A stretch of 64,000 bases of DNA, taken from the NCBI GenBank assembly GCA_950097015.1, contig CATNEN010000025.1, forward strand, positions 1,116,001 to 1,180,000, written 5' to 3'. The DNA comes from Macrostomum hystrix (Eukaryota > Animalia > Platyhelminthes). Position 1 is the stretch's first letter; every line of letters begins with the position of its first letter. The notes under the pieces were generated by a model. That model ran no database searches, was not told the DNA's origin, and saw only the letters and a list, made by a program, of their open reading frames with translations. This document shows positions 51,020-60,400 of the stretch, piece by piece. Made by a program: the position numbers and the translations under genes.

Positions 51020-52378
51020 ATGGAACTGAGGGACAGGAAATGGAACTGACGGACAGGAAATAAAACTGAAGGACAGGAAATGGAACCGAATGACAGGAAA
51101 TGGAACTGAATGACAGGAAATGGAACTGAATGACAGGAAATAGAACTGAATGACAGGAAAAGGAACTGAATGACAGGAAATGGAACTAAAGAACAGGAAA
51201 TGGAACTGAATGACAGGAAATAGAACTGAATGACAGGAAAAGGTACTGAATGACAGGAGATGGAACTGAATGACAGGAAATAGAACTGAATGACAGGAAA
51301 AGGAACTGAATGACAGGAAATGGAACTAAAAAACAGGAAATGGAACTGAATGACAGGAAATGGAACTGGGGCCAGGAAATGGAATTAAAGAACAGGAAAT
51401 GGAACTGAATGACAGGAAATAGAACTGAAGGCCAGTAAATGGAACTGAAGGACGGGAAATAAAACTGAAGGACAGGAAACAAAACTGAAGGACAGGAAAT
51501 AAAACTGACGGACAGGAAATAAAACTGACGGACAGGAAATAAAACTGACGGACAGGAAATGGAACTGAAGGACAGGAAATGGAACCGAATGACAGGAAAT
51601 GGAAATGAAGAACAGGAAATGGAATTAAAGAACAGGAAATGAAATTAAAGAACAGGAAATGGAATTAAAGAACAGGAAATGGAATTAAAGAATAGGAAAT
51701 GGAACTGAATGACAGGAAATGGAATTAAAGAACAGGAAATGGAACTGAATGACAGGAAATGGAACTGAAGGACAGGAAATGGAATTAAAGAACAGGAAAT
51801 GGAATTAAAGAACAGGAAATGGAATTAAAGAATAGGAAATGGAACTGAATGACAGGAAATGGAATTAAAGAACAGGAAATGGAACTGAATGACAGGAAAT
51901 GGAACTGAATGACAGGAAATGGAATTAAAGAATAGGAAATGGAACTGAATGACAGGAAATGGAAATGAAGAACAGGAAATGGAATTAAAGAACAGGAAAT
52001 GGAATTAAAGAACAGGAAATTAAATTAAAGAACAGGAAATGAAATTAAAGAACAGGAAATGGAATTAAAGAACAGGAAATGGAATTAAAGAATAGGAAAT
52101 GGAACTGAATGACAGGAAATGGAATTAAAGAACAGGAAATGGAATTAAAGAACAGGAAATGGAATTAAAGAACAGGAAATGGAATTAAAGAACAGGAAAT
52201 GGAATTAAAGAACAGGAAATGGAATTAAAGAACAGGAAATGGAATTAAAGAACAGGAAATGGAATTAAAGAATAGGAAATGGAACTGAATGACAGGAAAT
52301 GGAATTAAAGAACAGGAAATGGAACTGAATGACAGGAAATGGAACTGAAGGACAGGAAATGGAACTGAAGGACACAAA
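51020..52378. repeat. 20-bp purine-rich minisatellite
   Basis: Units ACAGGAAATGGAACTGAATG and ACAGGAAATGGAATTAAAGA. Confidence 0.96.
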
Positions 52379-53344
52379 GAATCGGAACTGTAAGTCGCTT
52401 CTAAATAACAATGTGAAGTGACCCTGAAACCCGTAGTTAAAATCGTGTTGACAGTCCGGACAAGAAGCCATGATACACAAGGTGACAGAGTCATTTAAAA
52501 AATAAGCAGTAAGACAAGGCTACTAGAATTCTGTCAAGCATGCGGGCGATAGCATAAATAAATATATAGTGTGAGAATAGCGACACGAGAAAATCCTTAA
52601 AAATCCTTGGCAGCAAACACTGGCCCGTATTTTGGCAAGGGATTGAGGGGAGAAGAAAATAGAGGAAACCGAATCGACGAGCGAGCTCAAGGGGAGGAAA
52701 GATTAATGAGCTCGGTGCGTGATTTTCAGACTGGAATATTTCGCAAAAAACAGACGGCAGAATCGATGCCTGTCTCCCTTTCTCCAGTTCCCAGGATTTT
52801 TAAACAGCTGCTGCTCGTGTTGTTCTCAAGCTTAGTTTCCAACGACAAAAAAATGAAAATTGTTTTTCTTTTAACAGAAGACTAGAAACTAGAATAAAAT
52901 AAAATCTAACGAATGTATTTGCCTTTGTTCATTCTCGAACCACATTCCAAGTGGTACATATAAACATATATACATTAGGCTTTTCAATAGCCGGCGAGGT
53001 AGTTAAACAGGTGATAAAAAACTTTTCATACCCCCATTTTACTACTGAGCACCGGGAAAGCAAGTAGCAATGAAAGAACACAAACTAGAAATAACTAAAT
53101 ACAAAAAACGAGGCTTGAGGCTTACTTAGATATTTTTATCGCTGATTTATTATACTCTTTCTTTATTTGCAAAGTACGACATTTGGATAAAGATAAAGCC
53201 AGGAGAATCCTCGTAAACTAAATAGACACACGATAGACGATAAACTGGCATCGTTATAGAAAAAAATAACTAATCAATGAAGTTAGATTGCACTACTACG
53301 GTCGCTGCGGGAATCAGACAACATTATGCCGGAAAGAAAGAATG

Positions 53345-54002
53345 GCCCTTCTACTAAGACTATGGGGTTTGGCGGGGGGAGTACACATTGAGACAACGCA
53401 GGGGATGGAGTTGGGGCTATGGCGGGGGGAGTGTACATAGACACGAAGGGGATGGAATTGGGGCTATGGCGGGGATGAGTGTACATAAAGACACGAAGGG
53501 GATGGAATTGGGGCTATGGCAGGGACGAGTGTACATTGAGACACGAAGGGGATGGAATTGGGGCTATGGCGGGGACGAGTGTACATTGAGACACGAAGGG
53601 GATGGAATTGGGGTTATGGCTGGGACGAGTGTACATTGAGACACGAAGGGGATGGAATTGGGGCTATGGCGGGGACGAGTGTACATTGAGACACGAAGGG
53701 GATGGAATTGGGGCTATGGCGGGGACGAGTGTACATTGAGACACGAAGGGGATGGAATTGGGGCTATGGCGGGGACGAGTGTACATTGAGACACGAAGGG
53801 GATGGAATTGGGGTTATGGCTGGGACGAGTGTACATTGAGACACGAAGGGGATGGAATTGGGGCTATGGCGGGGACGAGTGTACATTGAGACACGAAGGG
53901 GATGGAATTGGGGTTATGGCTGAGACGAGTGTACATTGAGACACGAAGGGGATGGAATTGGGGCTATGGCGGGGACGAGTGTACATAAAGACACGAAGGG
54001 GG
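53345..54002. repeat. 50-bp minisatellite
   Basis: Unit GTACATTGAGACACGAAGGGGATGGAATTGGGGCTATGGCGGGGACGAGT (starts at 53531 and 53581). Confidence 0.95.
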
Positions 54003-55252
54003 TAACGTTTGAGGTTTGCCAAGTGCTGTGGTCCTGGCGGCCGCAAGATAGATAAATTTAGAATGTGAAAAATAGCATTCATTAATTATCTAGTAAAGAT
54101 TCTACTATATGGAGTGTATCATAGGACATACGAAGATATTGGTTGATAAGCCAATTTTGATCGCAAAGGTAAGAATTTCTGTTTCTGAAAGAAATGACGA
54201 CAAAAATGCATACGAAAGTAATAGAACAGAGAGAGACACAAAAAGAGCTATGAATCCAACTATTTCACTGTCGTACATATTGAACGGGACAGAAAGCGTC
54301 TTCATAAACTTTTCTAGACTAATGACGACTGAATACTTAACAATCTTAATTTTGGTGCTGATATGCAACAGAATTACTAATCAGTAATCAGAACAACTAA
54401 AAAGTATGATTACATAAACAACTATACTAATTGACTAATTGAAGTGTTTAACAACCTGGGATCAACGAGGTGACAATTTAACATAGATGTAAAATTAAAA
54501 TAAGAGGACCGTGATTAACAATCAACCATGCCGTTTATAACGACACCGGTTTAATTTGGTTAAAGTAGTTAAATCTAAAGTACTACTGATATACAAAATT
54601 GGGTATTCTTTTAGGATTTCCCTTTGCTTTGTGGAATTCCCTCGATCATATCCCTGCTATCCTATTATCACCTAGTTGTTAATACCCATATTAGTTGTAA
54701 AGCCTTTTTCTAGGAGTATCAAACCATACACTCTTTGAAGGGCTCGCGTGCAAAATTAAGCGAAAAAATGATAAACAGAATTACAAGTGCAGTGTTTTGT
54801 TTAGCGAAACTATTTTTTTGTAAACAAATAGCTTATCTGAATAAAATAGGCAAGCCAGAACAAAAAGAACACCGATTTGGACACAGAATGAAACTGAATA
54901 AGTGTTTTTAGAACATATTCAACTATATGAAAGAATGGAGTGCCGTAGAAAAATTAACAGGAGATAGTAAATGAAAACATGAATATTAGTAATAGTAGTA
55001 AGCTATTATTACTACGCTTGTAGTCCTCAACAGCTCCTCAACAGCTCTAGAGTAACCAACAGGACCCGGGTATAAAAAACATTTTTCGAAAGAAACTTTT
55101 TAGAAAGCTTGTAGAAAATATAAAAAGAGGACACTTATTCGTTGTCATAAGAGATGATTTGCTATATAAAAAGTATGCCAAAATTAGAGAAATATTGTAC
55201 TCTAGCACATTCTATCTTGATTAGAAAAGTCAATTCTTAAGAAAAGAGCTTT

Positions 55253-56611
55253 TTACAGCAAAAATTTGCCCAGAATGAGGCCCAGAATCATAGCTAGGAC
55301 CAGGAACAGTGCCGGCGGCACCAGTGGTCCTCTGGCTGTGGCCGTCGCGACCGCGTTGGCAGAAGAGCCGCCGCCAGTTGGAACACTAGGACGCATAGCT
55401 AATTTGCGCAGTCGAAGCTCCTGGTTTAAACAGAAAAGCAAATATTTATGAGATTATTAAGAGTTCTCAAGTGTCGTCCCGTTCGGATGCAAAAATTGTT
55501 CTAGGATGAGAAGGTGGGCGATTCTCAGGTTCAGAACGTGTTCTAAAATATGTGCGTTTGGGTGTCTATTCGGGATTCTCTTTAATCGGAATTCAGTCTT
55601 CGAGAGGTCAGGAGTAAAAATCTGTTCCTGAGCAGGTCATCAAGCTGTAGAAATTAGTACTCATAATTAACTAGTTGGTATCAACTATATTAAACGGCTC
55701 CCAAGTCTATTCTCTTCTATCTTGAAAAAATCAAGGAGTTTTTTTATATTAAAAAGTGCTTTTTAATGCATCCAGGTTTAGAATACAGTCGTTAATATAA
55801 ATAAATATATAACACATGTGACAGTGACACCAATCGTATCCTGTCTCATCTCACCCGTGTCTCATCTCTCCTGCGTCTCATCTGTCCCGTGTCTCATCTC
55901 TCCCGTGTTATCTCCTTTGCCATCTCTCCAGTGTCTCATCTCTCTCCCATCTCATATTTCTACAATCAATGCGGCCCGCTGTAGTCACCTCTTCTTCTCG
56001 CTAGCTAATAAGTTTGCCGACCCTGGTATAACAGAAATAAAGATACTGACCTGTTCGCCTAGTCGCGCATTATCATCCTTCAATCGTTGCAGTTCCTGTT
56101 GCAATCCTCGCAAAGTTTTTGGCGAATCAGCATCAGCCGAATCGTACTGCTGATGCTGCTGCTTGTTGTTCGCTGAGGCAGTCGACGTGGCAGCGGCCGG
56201 AGCCGGTACAGACCCGTCGGCATCGAGCAGGACGACTCGCAGCTTGGAGTCCATTAGCCGGTCGCTAGTGGCAGACTTCCAGGCTTCGTCAACATCAACA
56301 GCGCCAGTTGGCATCAGCAGGCTCTGCACCATGAATTTGTGCCTGGCCCGCTGGTCAGCAGTAAAGTCGGCCTGGTCGCTGCCAGCAGGCTGGAGCATCA
56401 CGGCGACTTCAACTTCGTCGCCGGGCTGAATTAGGCCACTATTGGGGCGGACACAGTAGCGCTTAGGCGCCGTAGTCTTGACCTTGAAAGCCACCGGCCT
56501 ATCAGTGCCGGCTGGATTGCTCAGGCGCATTGTGGTGGAGACAACACGATCGAATGGACCGCGGAATTTCAGCTCCGTGTCGGGGACTAGTTTCAGCACT
56601 TGGCCAGGCAT
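55253..56611 (-). CDS. VAP: VAMP-associated protein (VAPA/VAPB family): MSP domain, coiled coil and C-terminal TM anchor, ~242 aa
   Basis: Exons 56611-56051 and 55420-55253 (intron GTCAGT...AACCAG, phase 0). VAP consensus FKVKTTAPKRYCVRPNSG, HKFMVQS, DSKLRVV; coiled coil LQQELQRLKDDNARL; tail anchor LFLVLAMILGLILGKFLL. Confidence 0.96.
55825..56025 (+). mobile_element. Truncated hAT-type MITE (right TIR) with degenerate 16-bp repeats, in VAP intron
   Basis: Degenerate GTGTCTCATCTCTCCC units, then GCGGCCCGC and AAGTTTGCCGACCCTG, the reverse complement of the 37548 terminus. Confidence 0.68.
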
Positions 56612-56752
56612 GATTCTGAGTATTGCTTTTAATTAATCTTCAATTATTCTTTTTTAGTCTATTCACGAATCCGCTATTTTTTGGCTTGCGTACGATAGAT
56701 CAGCTTAAATAGGCAAAACATGGAAACACATTTTTGGGGTGTTTGACAACAA

Positions 56753-57130
56753 CTAGAGAATGCACAGTTGGGAACCGATCCTGAACTAGAGAATGCACAG
56801 TTAGGTACCGATCCTGAACTAGAGAATGCACAGTTGGGAACCGATCCTGAACTAGAGAATGCACAGTTGGGAACCGATCCTGAACTAGAGAATGCACAGT
56901 TAGGTACCGATCCTGAACTAGAGAATGCACAGTTGGGAACCGATCCTGAACTAGAGAATACACAGTTGGGAACCGATCCTGAACTAGAGAATGCACAGTT
57001 AAGTACCGATCCTGAACTAGAGAATGCACAGTTGGGAACCGATCCTGAACTAGAGAATGCACAGTTGGGAACCGATCCTGAACTAGAGAATGCACGGTTA
57101 AGTACCGATCCTGAACTAAAGAATGCACAG
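56753..57130. repeat. 33-bp minisatellite between the ADAD-like and VAP genes
   Basis: Unit GAACTAGAGAATGCACAGTTGGGAACCGATCCT, ~11 copies. Confidence 0.95.
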
Positions 57131-57492
57131 GAACTGTAGGAACTCAAACTCATGTATTTTAGGAACTCAAACATAAACTAGGGACTGCACTATCGCTTTA
57201 TGGCATTAAGTGTCAATCGAAAGTAAATATAAGATAATTGTGAATGTTTAAAAATGACAAACATGACAGCTACACTGGAATTTATGCACCGTTTAACAGA
57301 AAAGCAATAAAGAAGTGCTGTTTGAGATGTGAGTATTAGAAGCCAAATAGGCACTGATAGGCACAAATAGTACAATTTTCATGTAGTAAAAAAAGAACAG
57401 ACCGGGTTTAAACGTAATTTTTGAAACAGTTTATTGATGCTAACGAACGAGCGTAGAATCAAGAACTCAGAGTTTGAATTAGAAATAATTCA

Positions 57493-60400
57493 TTAATTCG
57501 AACCCAGTAAACAAAAGTCACTCGGGTCCATTTCTCCATTCTTCGTGGCCCAAGCGCCGCGGTTATGTTTTACCAGCTCCTCGAAAAATATCTTTTTAGA
57601 CTTTGCGTAGTCTTCGCACTTCAATGATCGCATACTTATTGAATCGAAATCGGCGCCACACCTGGCTAGCTTATTGCGCAATCGTTCATTAATCCTAGCC
57701 ACAGTTGGCGAGGCGGAGCCGGACATTGCGACTGCCTCTTTGGCTAGTTTAACAATGCGATTTAGCGCGGCTCGTTTAGATAGTCGAGAAATACCGCCGG
57801 CAGTGGCTGCGTCAGGCTGTTGACGCTCGGCGTCTGTGACATTCTGCGACCTACCAGGTGCGTTTAAAAACGATAGCTAAATAGTAACGTACATGAGAAA
57901 TTCGGTAAAAAAAATTTTCACCTGTAAATTTCCTTAACGCCTAGAGAGCTGTTGAGAACTTCGACTTGACCCTGGCCGGACACGCCCATTGGTCTGTACC
58001 AGTTCACGGACAGGACCGCCTCGCCATAGTCAATATCCCCGCCGTTAATGCCGCCCCTCTGGCAGAGTCGAAACGGATTGGATGTTCGGCCTAGCCAGGG
58101 ATCGCTGGCCGTTCTATAGGCTGCGGCGGCCAGGCTGGCGCGAAATCTGGCGCCAGGTAGGCGGCAAAGAAAGCCGCGCGCCATGTCTCCGTGGCTGTAG
58201 CTTCCAGCGACATCTACGGACTGGGGATTGAGGTGAGATGATTGGGTTAGTCAGAAACCTCATCTGACAGGTTAGATAAGACATGAGATGATTGGGTTAA
58301 TGAGACTACCTCATCTGACAGGTTAGATAAGACATGAGATGATTGGGTTAATGAGACTACCTCATCTGACAGGTTAGATAAGACATGAGATGATTGGTTT
58401 GATTAGATTATCTAGTTATTTGAGTGACTTTCGGGGTCAGACAGTGTTCACTGTCACTGTGCCTTGAGGGTTGGCCTTTATGTGCATCAAAGTTGCAAAT
58501 GAATGTGGCCGTAGATTCGAGCTCAGGGATCTTGGTGCGGGAGGGAAGCGCCTTAACCACTCTGCCATTCACCCGTGAGAGTATTGATTATGATGGAAGT
58601 AATACGAGCGTAATTTTTAAGACAACAAGCAAGTTGATTACAATAACAGGTTAAATGGTTGCAGTATTAGACCAACCTGCAGAAAAATCGGCTCAATAAA
58701 GTTAGCCAACAGGCCACCCTGTAAGCCCAAATAGTTGCATCGCAGCAGCTTGTCTGAGCCGCAGTGCACAGCCAGACTGCTTGGATCGGCGGCCTCTTCT
58801 TCGCTGAAGGTACGCACAGCCGAACAATCGCAGCTTTCGTAGCAGGTCAGCGAACCGTAGCGGCTTAGGTCTGGTTCGAGTACGCCGCACCTGTAGGGCG
58901 ATGCTTGTCATGGTAAATACTTTGTACTATAGTGCAGTTAAGTTATATTTATTTGATTGGATCTTTGCTCAGTTTTTAGTCATCAATTTGTGCTGATTTA
59001 ATTTACTCGTAAGAAAAAAAATCTTCTATATATATAAAAGTGAAAACTCTGTCTGTCTGTGTGTGTGTGTGTGTGCAACCTTTTGTCTTTATAGACGCCG
59101 AAACCGCTCAACCAAATCGCACCAAACTTTGCACATACCTAAAACCACCTACGCTGAGTGCAATAGGCTACTCAAATTCCCGAAAAATAATTTCCTTCCT
59201 GCTCAAAAGTGCAAAAAACTGCTCAAAAATCGTCAAAAAATCACTCAATTCGACATATCGTCGCCCCACTTTGTCAGATTTTCTCCAAATTTGATCCACT
59301 TACACTTTACATGTTTTCCAACAATGCTGTCAATTTTGAACATCTCTACTCAATCCAGAGCAAAGCTGCATCATCTCAAAGTGAGTCACTTTTTGTTTTC
59401 CGAGGACAGCCACCCCAACTCCCCTCCGCCACTCTGCGGGCCAAATTTTATTACAGCCACCCCCTCCCTTCCCCGGGCGCCGAAGCCCCAGACTGTACAT
59501 TGTATTTCAAGCCGTGAATGTACACAGCCCAAACCCCTAGACTGTCTACTGGCCCCAAGCAGCACTGAGACTGAGTGCGGTGAGTGCGGTGGCGTCCCAG
59601 TGCGCAGCTAGGCTCTCCGGTCGATATTTCTCTCCAGCCAGCCTGGGATAGAAGAAAGAGAGAGGCTGGCGTTGACTGGCTGTCAGAGAGGGCAATTCTG
59701 TGTCCTAGAAATGATGCCGCCAACGAAATTAACTACCAACTCCTTCAGGAGTTGCCAGGTGCAGTTTTCACCTACAAGTCAATTGATACAACGTTGACTG
59801 ATGACACCGCTGTGGAGTATCCTGTTGAGTTTCTGAACTCTCTAGATCCTCCTGGAACTCCATCGCACAACTTGCAGCTGAAAGTTGGGGCACCAATTAT
59901 GCTCCTCCGCAACCTGAATGCGCCAAGGCTGTGTAACGGCACCAGACTGATAGTCAGGCGGCTCTTCCCACACGTGATTGAGGCCACGATAATGACTGGA
60001 TCTGGCAGAGGAGAGTCTGTGTTCGTTCCCCGGATTCCAATTATCCCCACGGACCTGCCATTTCAGTTCAAGCGACTGCAGTTCCCTGTGAGAGTGTGCT
60101 TTGCGATGACTATTAACAAGGCTCAGGGACAGTCGCTGAAGGTAGCTGGCATCAACCTGGAGACTCCTTGCTTCTCGCATGGGCAGCTTTATGTCGCCTG
60201 CTCCCGTGTTGGAACTCCAGCTGGCCTATTCATTTTCGCACCAAGGGGAAGAACGAAGAATGTGGTGTATCCCCAGGCCTTGAGGTGACTCGCAAGCAAT
60301 TAATAGAAAAGTAGTCACGAATTGACCTTGACCTGTCTAACTCTGAACTCTGAAACAGTTTAATTTTGTTTCTTTGACATTGTTATTGTTATGCCATGGC

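Noticed and set aside
51020-52378. ETS-like ACAGGAAAT in every unit of the 20-bp array
   Set aside because: Motif match is expected in purine-rich units and there is no independent evidence of regulatory function.
54105-54740. Hydrophobic 87-aa ORF and an LWNSL motif suggesting a LINE 3' end
   Set aside because: AT-rich sequence, no splice or homology support, and no further reverse-transcriptase motifs.
37548-56025. One giant 18.5-kb composite hAT element capturing most of sim, bounded by the two matching TIRs
   Set aside because: Flanks differ (ATTTTGAG versus GTATAACA), so there is no TSD, and both ends lie in introns of different genes; two truncated copies are more parsimonious.
56768-57139. 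(ELENAQLGTDP)n ORF with synonymous-looking variants
   Set aside because: No ATG, in-frame TGA just upstream, short, antisense between two genes; used as a caution for the LGKGVEDY case.
59584-60288. Host PIF1 helicase gene
   Set aside because: Only the C-terminal half is present and it lies between Helitron termini inside another gene's intron.
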